A stretch of 61,485 nucleotides of DNA, filler included, from Rhabdomonas costata (GCA_019059605.1; 23 parts of 23 records of this genome joined end to end with filler, not necessarily neighbours in it), one strand, 5' to 3'. Counted from the first letter of the whole stretch, positions 10,724-23,215 are shown. Numbers and translations: made by a program. The notes: generated from the sequence alone by a model not told the origin.

Positions 10724-13263
10724 GGGTTTGTGGAGGAAGCGCCGGCGGGCAGCAGGTACGACGGTACCTTGTGACCTACAGAAAGATTGAGGGATGGCTT
10801 GGAATGGGTTAATGGGATGAGGTGGATGAGGTCCCAGAATGTCCCCTGAGCTCACGTTCCGTCTCGACACAACGGCAGGTAGTGATGCACACCGCAAGTG
10901 AGGGTGTATCCCTCCTCAGAACGTCAAAACAATGGAAGACAAGGGCAGGGAAGGGAGGACCCCCAATTCGGTACACAGTGAGGTCGTCGAACGAGACCAC
11001 CATCCGGTGAGGGCGAAGAGAGTGCCCACCTGCGCAAAAGCAGAGGAAAAACATGTCTCGGCTTCAGAAGGCGCCTTATTTTCAGAAAAACACAGACAAA
11101 TCGTCTCCTCAAAAAAGAAGCCAGTCTCAAATTTGTATATCAAAACTCAAGCTTTCCAAAGGGTGGTCACCTTGGGGATGGGACACAGTAACGCCTCAAA
11201 ACACAGACGCTTCCTGGACCAATAGGGTGCTGCATACATCCCAAACGGACGATCCCCGGCAAATCACCCCCTCAGAACTCACCATGGCAGCGCGAGCCGT
11301 AGAAGTATTCTCGGACCCGAAAGCTGAACTCCTTCGACCTGGTGGCAGGATCTCTTTGTACCACCTTTTGAAGCAGACACACGACACAAATGACAGAGGG
11401 GGTGGGGCAAAATTAACTCAATTACAGCTGAAAAGCAATCACGTGATTCGTGCAGAAAGTCAATTTTCGCCTAAAACAGGGGGCTGAATTGGGAAACGCA
11501 AGATACTAATTTTCGACAACTAGTCGCACAATTAGCGTTCAGAAGTGCAAAAAGCTCGTGAAAACCTCACAGCTTTTGTCCCAAATTGTCCCAAATGACG
11601 TTGCCCATGCATGATTTGTCTGTCGAGGCACACTGTCGATTCCCTCACGGAAAAGGTTGCTCAGTGGTGAGGATTACGAGCGTACCCCGCCGGACTTCAC
11701 CACTTTCTCGATCAGCAACGGGGTGCCGTTTTGGTTTGTCACCAGGCCCAGGGCTCCGGGCTGAGGCTTAAATGTGTGGCTGAGCCGCGCCATAAGCTTT
11801 TCGTCATCCAGTACCTGCGGCGGGCAGTCGCGGGCAATGGTCCCAAGAGCATAGAGAGGAGTCAAAGCAGGAAAAGAACAGAAAGCACCAAGTCAAGAAA
11901 GGTCAAGAACATGCACGGAAACTCCAAGATTCACATTTTTGACTGCGAAACCAACCCAGATGGGCAAAAAAAAGGTACAAGAAAAGGAGGCTGGAAAAGA
12001 CGTAGGCTATACCACGATGTAGTTGACGTCGAAGATCTGAACGGTCTTCACAAGGTTTTCGTAGGCCTGTGGTCAAAAGACGTGAAAAGATCGGACATAT
12101 CCAATCAGTGCCCACGAACACGAATTGAAAGAAAAGGAAAGCAAAGTGCTTCGCCCGAGCAGTGCAGGCCACACCTCTTTCTCAACAAACCCTGAGGTGT
12201 TCAGGATAACCCCGCCGTGCTTCGCTGCAAAAACACAGATTGTATGCCCCTCGGCGCCATGCCAACGAGCAAACCTCCCGCCCAATTCGCATTTTTAATG
12301 ACACCAAAGATGCCCCCCCCCAAAAGGACTCCCAACGGACATGTGACAGTTTTTCGCATGGCGAAAATAGTTGCTTTGCGTCGTGCACGAGTATCTCATG
12401 AATTTGACAGTGGATGGCGGGGAATTTTTCGTCATCTTCAGCAGGTGGAGAACAGCGTTGGCGTCTCTGCTCCTCTCTCTGCACCCCTATTTTGGGAGGT
12501 GGAATGGAAGCGATGTTGCGGTAGGGCGGTACCTCGCTCATTTCCCTTTACGGCCCCCCGCAGCTTCACAAAGTTGGACAGGTTGGTCACCCCTTGCAGA
12601 AACAAGTCTGGGTTCTGAAGAAAGAGGAAAAAGAAAGGTGAAAGGTATCGCTTTAGCAATCCAACCAGGACAGGTTGGCAGCGTACTTCCCTCCACGCTA
12701 GTCAAGAACAGACAGAATGTCCTTCCGCTGGACCACAAGACCATACGTGGTGTGCAAGGTGCCCAAAGACAACCGTTTCTCGATTCGGGCAACCGAATGA
12801 ATCTATTAGGTTCTATGGATACGGGAGGAGCTATGAAAAATGGGAGCCTATGTAAGCACACACCGTGGCGGGATCCATTTCTCCGATGAAGTACGCCAAG
12901 TGAGGAAGCAGGGTGAACGCATCCTGTGGGGGGCGTATGAGCGAGTGAACACAAGGATCCAGGAAACAAAAGGGAAGCAGGTGTTTCCGCGCCGTACCCA
13001 GCCAGTGAGAGAAACAGCAATTTATTTCGCATTGATTCGAATTATTCGAAATACTGTAGGCGTCATCGCGCTGAAGACATTGCTGTCCCCACGGTGAGGG
13101 CTTTCATTTTCGCAAATCCTTGTAGGGCTACATTACATCTTCCCACCGTAAACTAACTCACAGTGAAGCACACATGAGCATGCTAGGGAAGCACACATGC
13201 GAGGGGTACCTCGATTCCCACCGGCTGTTCAATCGGAACGCCAGCCACACAGCCCGCGCAAAT
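10724..13263 (-). CDS. CLP1: Clp1 polyribonucleotide 5'-hydroxyl kinase / mRNA cleavage factor, partial, 9 exons
   Basis: Exons 13263-13210, 12923-12864, 12614-12533, 12224-12175, 12066-12013, 11814-11686, 11364-11283, 11029-10961, 10775-10724, all GT-AG and phase-compatible. Translation includes PIEQPVGIEDAF..LAYFIG, GGVILNTSGFV, FDVNYIVVLDDEKL, KSGGVVQR..RVREYFYG and SFDDLTVYRIG..VPSYLLPAG, colinear with Clp1 motifs (INTCGW, KSGGVVER, IREYFYG). Confidence 0.9.
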
Positions 13264-14169
13264 CTGAAACCGAAGATAGGAGAAATTTAAACAACCCACA
13301 AAANNNNNNNNNNNNNNNNNNNNNNNNNNNNNNNNNNNNNNNNNNNNTTAATTAATTAANNNNNNNNNNNNNNNNNNNNNNNNNNNNNNNNNNNNNNNNN
13401 NNNTGTTGTTTTGTGGATGGCTTTGTTTGCAAGGGTGTATGTGTCCCCATTCTGCCTCTCCCTGGTGGCTGTATGAGCTGGTGTTGGTGTGTGTGCGTGT
13501 GTGCGTGCGTCGTACGTGAATGTGCTTGTTGTGATTACACCAAAGCACCTCAATGCAAGCAGAGGTTTCCAGCGGACCGTGAACTTGGGCTGTTGCGGTC
13601 ACCTGTACTGACTGATTGTACCGTTGTTTCTGGCTCCTTGACTGCGGGTCCGTGATGGCCCATCTGGTCAGTCGCCCAGTAAATAGAGAGAGGATAGGAG
13701 AAGAGCCGAAAGAAGTGGTCGATGTCGGGAGATCAGTGCAGTGCAAATGGGTGCTTATGGAAGACCGACGAAACGACAAAAAAGAGCTCGAAAGCACAGA
13801 AATTAATTCTCATGTGCTCCCCCTTCCTGCACCAACGCAAACACTGCCGCACAACCCCCGCACCCTGGGAGGAATTCCAACCGGCAAGGCGTCGCACACA
13901 CAGCTGTCGCGGTTAAATCCTCATCCCCCTTCCAAATAGAAGCATGCGCAAAACAATAAGAACACCCAAGGACCACCCAAAACAGTTGGCAGATGAGAGA
14001 GCAGCTTTTTTTTCTGCCATTTTATACAAGCATTTTGGAAATCTACTTGCCTTTTCCTTGCTCATCGTTTCTCTTGATCCGCAGTTCAATAGTTTCTTGG
14101 ATTCTTTTTAATAATGCAACTTGGGTATTTAGTCAATTCTTATTGATGGTTGCGGCACCCCGGCAGAGT

Positions 14170-15185
14170 ATGTGGCCCTTCCAAACCGCGTTATGCAATC
14201 GACGAGCGAACGAGGCCTTGGAGTTGCGTGCTGCCTGTTATGGGGGCTTTCATACTTGCCTCTCAGAGCCCTCTCTCTTTTACACTACGGTGGTAGAGCC
14301 TGAGTACCAACCGCCTGCGCCCTCGCGCTCACTCTACCGCACTCGGTGCTGGACCTTCCGCAACTTCGCCGGAGACCTTGCGCTGTGTGGGCTGGTGCTG
14401 GTGAGTGCGGGGCTGATTGTGTTGTATGCCCAGCCCTCGTGCCGAGGCTGGGTGGCGAATGATGCCAGACTGAGCCACCCCTATGCCACAAATGAGACTT
14501 TTACTAACAGCATGCTGGTCGTTTTGTGCCTACCGGTGCCCTTGGTTACCCTGGCTGTGGTGTGGAGGTTTCAGTGTGGCCCAGGGCTGTACATCGCAGC
14601 GCTGACCATGCTGCAAGCACTTTCGCTGACAGCTCTGGTAACAAACGCGATCAAGTTTTACTTGGGTCCGACCCCACCCCCCTTGCTTTGAATTTTGGAA
14701 TTTGGCTTCTGCTCTTACTGCCCGATTAATTCAACTGCTTCGCTGGGCCGCCCAGTTTTCACCCACCTAACCCCCAGTTGCAATATTCATGCTTGCTTTG
14801 TCCAATCCGTTGTGTACATTTTGCTGCTATCCCCGGTGACATAGTATGTTCGTTTTATCCTCATATCTTCGTTTTACGTCACTCACTCGTTTGTGGACAA
14901 GATTCTACCATATGTGTGTAAGGGCTCCATTGGACAGCATAGCTTTTTTGTTCTTCACTGTCACTTTGCAAGGACGCCCACACTGTGTATGTTCTTGATT
15001 GCCCCTCAGGTCGGCTTCGGCCCGACTGGTTCGCCCGGCTTGCAGCGGCTGGTCTTTCCTTGGACCCCAGCACCTGGGAGAGCATCTGCTCCTCCTCTGC
15101 CGTGAAGGAGGGTAGGCTGTCGTGTCCCTCGGGCCACAGCAGCCTAATGTTCGCGTCGTGCGGCGTGTTGAGCTTCCAGATCATG
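14170..15185 (+). CDS. PAP2-family lipid phosphate phosphatase, partial
   Basis: An exon ending at 14665 (..LSHPY..ET..TNAIKFYL G|gt) joins exon 15010-15185 (ag|GT RLRPDW..KEGRLSCPSGHSS). This rebuilds the K-x6-RP and PSGH motifs. The 5' boundary is uncertain and the third motif was not found in the contig. Confidence 0.85.
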
Positions 15186-16825
15186 GCACGCCCTCCAAAC
15201 GCCCCGCTTATCCCTCCACTGCACCACTACTGCAGGGTCCCCGCTGGCGCAGTGTCCCATTGTTCCCACCACACACATTCCGGAACCTTATTATTGGTTT
15301 TATGTCCTGAGTGTTCGTGTTATGAGCCTCTTGCCGTGTGCATGTGTGTCTTTTTTCTGGAATGGGCCCACCAATTTTCTGACATTGGAAGCATGCACAC
15401 ATCTGGTTTCATTTTTCCAGCAAGGTTGCTTGGTGTATCTGTTTGTAGGATTCGCGAGTACTGCTTGTGTGTGCGCACCTGCGCAAATCTCCTCTGTTTC
15501 TGGCAGGCTTGGGCCTGGGGACCTTGCACATAAATTTTCATGCATTGTCATCGGCGGTTTCTTGCCCATTAACAAATCAAGTTCCTGGGTGCCGCACCAA
15601 TGAAAACTGGAACTCACGCATACACCGCACGTTTTGCAATCGCAACAAAAAGGCCGTTTCTTCTGCGCTGGTCCCTGGCTCCGGCCGCTACGGGTAAATC
15701 AGTGCCCCCCTCATCCCTGACGAATGCGCTCACTTATGGTGGGTAACGGGTGGGTAAAGGGGGACCTAAAATATCTAAAGCTTTACTTTGAAACTGAGAT
15801 ATTAGCGAAAAACATTCCAATAGCATTCCGAAACAGAAACTTAACCCAAATTGATGCCGCTGGTCTCAAAATTTTTGTCTGAGCGTGACAGATTGTCCAA
15901 AGGTAGTGTACCGAATGAGGTTCAATGAAGAAAAGGCTAGATTCCTATCACAGAGTGAGGTGCGTCATACCGACGGCGAGGTGNNNNNNNNNNNNNNNNN
16001 NNNNNNNNNNNNNNNNNNNNNNNNNNNTTAATTAATTAANNNNNNNNNNNNNNNNNNNNNNNNNNNNNNNNNNNNNNNNNNNNTTGTTGTTGTCCGATTC
16101 TCTGTTTTTTTTTTTTCAAACTTCATCCTTTGAGCCCTAATGCCTTCACTCTGCCGATGTCAGCTGCACCCCATGTGATTTTCATTTTTGAGCGAGGTCC
16201 AAAACTCAAAAATGAATGTTTCCTCCTGTCTGTTGACCGCAGACGATGCATTAGTTAGAAGGAGCGGTGGTCAGCCCGGAGCGCGGCCAGAAGGGGCGGT
16301 TGCATGACCTGAAAGCGTCTTTAATTACGTGTTACCGCGTGGTCCAAAATACCGGTGAGGAAGCACATTAACGGCGGCAACCCGCACAAACGGGGAGCGC
16401 GCGATGGTTTGGTGGGTCACCACGAGGGCGCAAGGGCACAGTTCACGCATCTCGTGTCGTCACTGACGGAAAAAAGCACGGCGGCAGCGGCCATTCGCAA
16501 TGGTGGGTGGCGCTGCGCTTGGGAGCGGCTTTGCACAGGTCCAACCGCTGGGGGCGTCTGAGTCTATAGCGCGGGATACGCTTTAGCGGAACTGTGAGCC
16601 GTGCAGATCTGACACTGGGCTTGCGTCTCCTTTTTTTTTGTGCCTGGTGGTTGCCTGCATACCTGAAACCGAACCAAACGTTCTTTCCAACTCCCTGTCT
16701 ACCTGTTATAGTTGTGCCTTTTGTGAAATTTTTTGAGGTGGCCGTCCTTCTTGCGTTCTGCTGCAACCCCGAAATGGGTGAGTCTTGGCCATCCTGTGTG
16801 TGTGCGTTGGATTTGGGGGATGCAG

Positions 16826-18270
16826 GAGCTCGACCTGATCGTGCTGGACCAGCTGGGAAGGTTCGCGCTGCAGGAGCGGCTGCGCCGGCAGGACCGCCGC
16901 CGGCTCCTCCTGCAAGCCCAGAGCTCCGCCACGGGCAACATCTCAGGCATGGCCCTGGGGTCCTCCGTGGAGGCAGTTGGCGGCGCCTCCACCACCACCG
17001 CGCCGACGCCGCAGGCCCCTCCCTCGGGCAAGGTGACGGGATAAAAGCCACCTTTCTTTTTGGCTTTGTTTTTGGATTGGAGCCCTCCTAATGTTCTTAT
17101 GGAGTTGGAATGCGAATACCAATCAATTACTTTATGGTTCAATCGAAAAAATATTCTTACCACAAGCAACTGATTGACGATTGACGATAAGAGCATAGCA
17201 CAGTGGAATGGGTATGAGGCAGTGAATGTCAAGAATGAGAGGGGTCGGGGGGTGGGGTCATCATCTGCGCTGAGTTTTGAATTCGTTGGAAGGGCGGAGA
17301 AATGAAAAATGAATGCATCATCGTAATCCGAGTAGGATGTTTGCTTCCGAGTCGGCAGTATTTTGAAGGCGGAAACGAACGGAGAATGAAGTGGACAAAT
17401 CATGCACAAGACCGTGTGCAGATGCTGATTTGAAGGCAAGCCCGATGTACGGTCTTTTTATTCTGCAAAAACTGACGGGCTGGAGGGTGGTGGATTGTGA
17501 GTAGTCTGCGCGAGCGCATTGTGGATTGTGGTTCGGGATTGTGCAGCTGGGGTTGGCGGGTGCAGGTCTCTTTGGCGCATGCTACGCTGTGGTTCTCCTC
17601 GGACAAGGCCCGCGGGGTGTGGCAGGGGCTTCCCCGGGAGAGGGCGGTGGAGCTGAAGCGCGCTGCCGCACAGATCTTCACGGGATGCGCCCGCTCCCTG
17701 CTGGTGCCCTGCCAGGGGTGCGAGGCCCAGTCCAGCGGGGACCAGGCACCTTCCCCCCTTCCCCACCTTCTCCCACCTTCTCTTTTCCTTCGCCCGCCAA
17801 CAAGAGAGAAAGAAAGAGATAGAGAAAATTGTCCTTGCGTTTTAGTTGAAGTGTCAAGGAACGTCAGGGTGGGGTTTTCGTCAAGGCAGTAATTGCGACT
17901 TTTGTGATATGACAGAACAGAAAGGAAGGTGGAGAAACAAGTAGTTTGAGCAAAGGTAGTGATGCAAATTAGAGGGAGGAAACGCCAGTCCAGCAGTGGG
18001 GCGTGGCAGACGAAAGAAAAAGAAACGTATACACGCAAGCATACACTTGAAGGATGGCACAAACATAACCTTTATTCTTTCGCAGATCATCGTGGCGTTC
18101 ACCGTTGTGCAGAACGCGGTGCGATTCTGCGTGGAGCTGCAGGTGCTGCTGCTGCGCGCGCCGTGGCCCGAGGAGCTGCTTCAGCTGCCCTCGATGGGCG
18201 TGGAGTTCGACAGCGAGGTGACCCACCTGCTGTGGAGAGGCCCCCGGGTGGCGATGAGCGTGCACTACGG
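16826..18270 (+). CDS. Class III adenylate/guanylate cyclase-like domain with degenerate active site, partial
   Basis: Exons 16826-17032, 17566-17745 (GC donor) and 18086-18270 give APPSGKVSL...GCEAQSSGDQIIVAF..AVRFCVELQ.LL..PWPEELLQLP...LWRGPRVAMSVHYG. This matches the APP.G.VT..GYEVKT.GD.FMVAF..WP..LL..FRGLRVRMG.H.G pattern of fungal/euglenozoan-type cyclases. Confidence 0.8.
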
Positions 18271-18560
18271 GTGTGCCGTAATTTACACTTTTCTTACCCT
18301 CAAGCGGTGAACGGTCTGCTTTGCGCGACCATTCATTTTTATATCTAAGAAAACGTTATGAACAGCTGACTCAGGATTTGCCAGGATTTTACCCCCGGAA
18401 ACGCGGGGGGAGAGGGAGTACATCTTCGGCGCAACTCTTCACCATTCATAGTCACTCTCTTGAAACATGACGCCTGCCATGTTTCTATTTTCTGCTGGAT
18501 GACTATGTATGTATGTATGGTTTTTGTTGGGGCCCAGGGTTTCACCGAACTGCTGGGGAA

Positions 18561-18655
18561 TGGGAGTGCGATAAGAAGAAATAGTCTCCCTGACACGGGC
18601 TCTCAAGAGTAGCGTGAAACTGTGGTGGAGACTATTTCTTCTTATCGCACTCCCA
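18561..18655. repeat. 29-bp perfect inverted repeat at contig end
   Basis: 18561-18589 TGGGAGTGCGATAAGAAGAAATAGTCTCC is the reverse complement of 18627-18655; 37-nt loop. Confidence 0.95.
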
Positions 18656-18934
18656 CACCCCCNNNNNNNNNNNNNNNNNNNNNNNNNNNNNNNNNNNNNN
18701 NNNNNNTTAATTAATTAANNNNNNNNNNNNNNNNNNNNNNNNNNNNNNNNNNNNNNNNNNNNGGGGTGGGGTAGTGAGGTGAGGGATTTGGGATGTGATT
18801 CCCTCGCCAAAAGCACACGGGAGGAACAACAAAGGCACAGAAGAGATGAAAACAGGTAACTTCGTAGATAACACGAACAAGGTAACGAAGTATACGGAAC
18901 ACGAGGCACACTCCTTGAGTGAAAGAGACGAAGT

Positions 18935-19070
18935 CCGCAAAAGCGGACCCCATGTTACAAGCATGGCCCAACCTCAAAGAACAAGCGACAGGACTGAAAC
19001 AGAGGTGAACCGAAAACAACTCATCCTAGACAAGCGATAGGCAACGCGGTTGAGCGTGGACGCGTGCAAG
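18935..19070 (+). repeat. Dispersed repeat, copy 1 (copy 2 at 23880-23980)
   Basis: Shared colinear blocks CCGCAAAAGCGGACCCCAT, CCCAACCT, GAAACAGAGGTGAACC and TGGACGCGTGCAAG on two different contigs. Confidence 0.85.
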
Positions 19071-20078
19071 GTGACGCAGAAGGTCGAACAACAAAATGCA
19101 AGAACAAGCGAGTGGAGCTCTCCAGCTGTCTCTCGGAAGGCTCATTATTAGCAATCTTCATTGAAGTTCATGGCCTTCGTCAGCGAGCTATAATGAATTA
19201 GATTGAAACTCGAAATCCCACTCACCCCCGTTGAACCATCCGCTCGTTCTTGGGAAAGATACCTTTGCAAACCGGAGCAAAGTTGAAGTGTGACTTCGGT
19301 CGCATGGCCTCTGAAATGTCGAGGCGGTTCCTTTCGAAGCAGGGCAGCCGAAGGAATTCATGTCAACTACCATACCGGCGGCGATCCAGTATGGCGAGTG
19401 CGTTGTGGGTACGATTTAACGCGCCTGCTTTTTCTTCCCTCGGACTGCGCGGGTAGGATTATGATGCTCTCCACCGCTTGACGAGGCCCCTACCCGTGAC
19501 CTTCACCTCGGGTCCGGCCGTGGTGGTCGCCCCAGGTTTTCTTTGCGTACATTTGCGTACCACACAGCCTCGGCGACTACGAGGCTGTGTTGTTCTCTCT
19601 TTCCCTTAATCTGAGAGAGCAACTTGCTCTGACGGCTTGCCGCAAAGCAGAAGTAATGGATCGGGAGTGTGGTGATGCGGTCATGAAGTCATGATGTGAT
19701 GATGAAGTCGTGAAGTCATGATAAAGCGATGAGGCTGTTTATCCAGCAGAATTCGCAGAGTTTTCTCATGGGAGGAATGCTGGCATCTCTTGACCCAGTA
19801 AGTGACAGCACCGTTCCTGAAGCAAGCCGCATGAGGTGGCGATTGAACTATGAATTTGTGGAGTAAAGGACGATGATCGGTGTGGAGTCTCTTGAATGAT
19901 TGTGTACGCGCGGGTCGCCACCCTCATCAAGGTTCTGGCTGGAGCGGGACCCCGACATCTCACACCGCCGCCATCATCGCTCTTCAGTGTGAGGAGACGT
20001 GACAAGCCAGAGCGAGACGACACGTTCTCTTTTACCGACTCCCTCCCCTTTTTTCTTTTCTTTCCTTGGGGGGTGCAG

Positions 20079-20728
20079 GCACCTTTGTGCCGTACAACCC
20101 CCAGGCCACGCTGCACTTCTACGAGGCACTGTGGGGGATGCTCCTGCCCATCACTGTGCACGGCCGTGTCAGCGACATTTGGAGGTCACCTCCCTGCCTC
20201 TTACACTGACACCTAGGTTAGAGTTATCCTCATTCTATAAACCCCAAGCTCCTCCGTGCCCCCCTTATAGGAGCCCAACCCCACAGTCCCCAAGTTGCGC
20301 GGTTAACGTCACCCACGATATCGTGAACCTCGACCTTTGATCACTTGCATCAGTCCTTTCCTTTTCAGCCACCACCACCCCCTAATTATATTTTTGCCCC
20401 AGTTTCCGCGCCAGCATCAGAAGTAGTTTCGGTGTAGCGATACTTGGAAACGGAAACTTTTTCAACAAAAAATTGAATTTCTGTCAAAATTTTGGAAATT
20501 ATGAGATTATATGGTAAAAGATTACCTCCGCAGCTTACTCCCTACAGGGGCGCGGATGCGTGGGACGGGTGTCTTGTGGGGTGGGGCAGGTCCTATGTGG
20601 TGCAGCGGCTGCTGTGGGATATCGGCGACGGAAGTGGAGTGGTGTTCCGACCGCCGTGGGTCACCCAGATCCGCAACGCCCACAATTACCTCGCCGACTT
20701 CGACAGCGAGCTTCCACTATACCAAAAG
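20079..20728 (+). CDS. STELLO/DUF288-like putative glycosyltransferase, partial
   Basis: Exons 20079-20184 and 20590-20728 (GT-AG) give GTFVPYNPQATLHFYEALWGMLLPITVHGRVSDIWRSYVVQRLLWDIG..PPWVTQIRNAHNYLADFDSELPLYQK, matching DUF288 hallmarks (LP..V..R..DIWRS, QRLLW, RNAH.YL.DF..E). Confidence 0.85.
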
Positions 20729-22401
20729 GTCGTGCGCACACAGCTCAGCTGTGGAGTGAGAGGGAACTATGGGAATAACGGGCGCATATACGCACTTATT
20801 CTCTGTTTCACCAAGAAATCCTGGCCTTTATGTGACTGCCGACGTGGTCGAAGTGTCCATGATGGCAGCTGAAGAGGCAGTGTAAGAATGGGCGGCAGAA
20901 GCCGCAGCACGCAATAGCACTGGCACTGCAACTCCTGCAGATACCTGTCCCACTGTCCCAGTCAACCAAACGAAAACCGTTCTTGCCCGTTCACACCTCG
21001 AAGAATGTGTATCTGGGACCTTGCACGACAAAGGCTGTGACTGTACTTAAGGGTGGTGAGCCGGTTCCTCCGCGTTCCTCCGCGGACACCCATGGCCAGC
21101 AGCGCGGGTGGCCGTCCGTTGATAGCGGTCTCGAACAGACAGTCAGGCAACAGCCCGCTCGCTTTGTGCCGGGATGTAACTTATTGGAGGGAGTTACCGC
21201 ACATGAGAGCTCGCCCTGGCTGATAACGAGTGCCTCAACCCGCGACCCCACACTGGCCAGACGGTAAGACCTTCTCAGAGAGACCCATCAGTGATGGAGC
21301 AGCGCGGGTAGCCATTGGAAAAAGTAGCTGCGCGACAAAACNNNNNNNNNNNNNNNNNNNNNNNNNNNNNNNNNNNNNNNNNNNNTTAATTAATTAANNN
21401 NNNNNNNNNNNNNNNNNNNNNNNNNNNNNNNNNNNNNNNNNATGGTTTGGGGTTGAGGCAAAATGACCGTTTTTGAGGCCTCGAACGAGGACAAGCGGAG
21501 TCCGCTGACATGGACCCAAAAAGGAGTCATCGGGGTGAAAAAATCGACCCTCCCGAATCAATTTCGATTCAAATCGATGTATTTGAGGTCGGGGGTTGAG
21601 AAAAACGCGTTCTTATGCCGATTTGAGCCGTTTTTGAGGTCGTGTGCTGCGGTTTTAGCCTACTTTTGCCTTTAAAACAGCCCCTTTGAGCACCCAAAGG
21701 CACTTGTGTCATCGCCGTTCACTGCCACCATTTTCTATTCAGCGAAGACGACGGCCGAAGGCCGCTCCCCGCGCCAGGGTTAACACGTTTACCTTTTAGC
21801 TTGCGGTCCATTCCTGGGGAGGGAGGACAAGAGGAGAATCGACACTGAGAAGACACAATCAAAATGAACACAGTAGCCTTCGTTTCGTTTCGGGACTCCT
21901 CAGCGCGGCGCTCGGCGCGCAGTGCCCTTACTTGTTTAGAAATGAGCAAAGTCACAGCACTGCGGCACAAAAGTTCTTTCAGCAGCAGCCTCAGCACCAA
22001 GCAGACCAATTATACAAGAAACCTCTTCTCTCGTTTTTTTGCTTCGATGTCCGAAAAGCTCGCTTTTAATAAACTTTATCACCCTGCAATAAGCGGATAT
22101 AATTAAAAGGATACACGTTCCCCTAGACCGCGTGCGCTATAGATGTGCACCGCTGATTTTTTATACCCGTAATGTAATCGCTACTTCGCTGGATATCCAC
22201 GCAGGCAGCTTTCGAGTTTCGGTAATTGGTTTCAACCACACTTGCTACCTGACTACAGTCTGCTTTGGTTATTTCCTTCTCAACATCCTCCTCCGCCCCC
22301 CCCCTTGCCTTTTTCCTTTCGCCGTTGTGACTCTGTGAGGTGTTTGTGGGTGTAGCCCCCTGCGTGGGCGCCCCGTTCTTTTTTGAATTTGTGTGTTTGA
22401 A

Positions 22402-23215
22402 ATGATGAGCGCCATGATGGGTCGAGGAGACGCCGCCCATGACGGCTCCTTCATCACAACGTACGACTGTCGGATCCGTGAGTTCCGGCAGATCGTGCCC
22501 GACCTCCTCCCCCTGCGGGATTCCCTGAAGCTCCACGACGATGATCTGATGCGGCGTTTCCTAGTTTCCCGTAAGGGCAATGTTCAGGTAGACCCAGGGG
22601 CAACTCTTAATTACCTCGGGTGTCTCAACACCATCAAATCTTAGTCGTCAATAAAAGAAAATCTCACATCAGTGCTGAGCGGCTGTCAAAAAATATAGCA
22701 CCGATGGGGCCCCCCGATTCCATTCACGGAATCGCTCCCTCTACCTTTGCGAACACGCCGACGTTTTGCAGCATCACTATCCCAGTGTCTCATCACTGGT
22801 GGGCAGTTCACAAGGATCCCTTTTAGTTAGTGTCCTATCATATTGCTAGTGTGAGCAACTCCACACATTGGTTGCTGCCTTGGCGCGGTGTATGGAGTGG
22901 TTGTTATGCCACGGGATGTCTATGAATGCGCCTTTGTCTTGTGCGTCCGCAAAAAGAAGGCTCCGAATTATCGTTGAAACCGCTCAGACGGCGAGCGCAG
23001 ATTTCAGGTATGCACGACTACGAGCAACCACCTCCCTCCTGGAAGAAAGGTGTTTTGTTCGCTCCATCTCTTAGGCGGCAGCAGAGGCGCTGCGAAGCTA
23101 CATCTCCTGGAGGGCGGAGAGCCGGGTCGACGGAATTCTCGGTGAGACCTTTCCGGAGCCCATCGCTGTCGCCAGCGGTACGGGGTACATCGGCGTCGAC
23201 AAGAAGGGATATCCG
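22402..23215 (+). CDS. CRAL-TRIO/Sec14 lipid-binding protein, N-terminal exons
   Basis: Exon 22402-22587 (..HDDDLMRRFLVSRKGNVQ|gt) and exon 23075-23215 (ag|AAAEALRSYISWRAESRVDGIL..GYIGVDKKGYP|gt) give the CRAL_TRIO_N DD.L.RFL..R motif and the G.DK.G.P motif. Confidence 0.85.

Noticed and set aside
15363..15390. WAHQFSDIG as the third PAP2 motif
   Set aside because: It lacks the preceding SR and the transmembrane helix, and has no supporting acceptor site.
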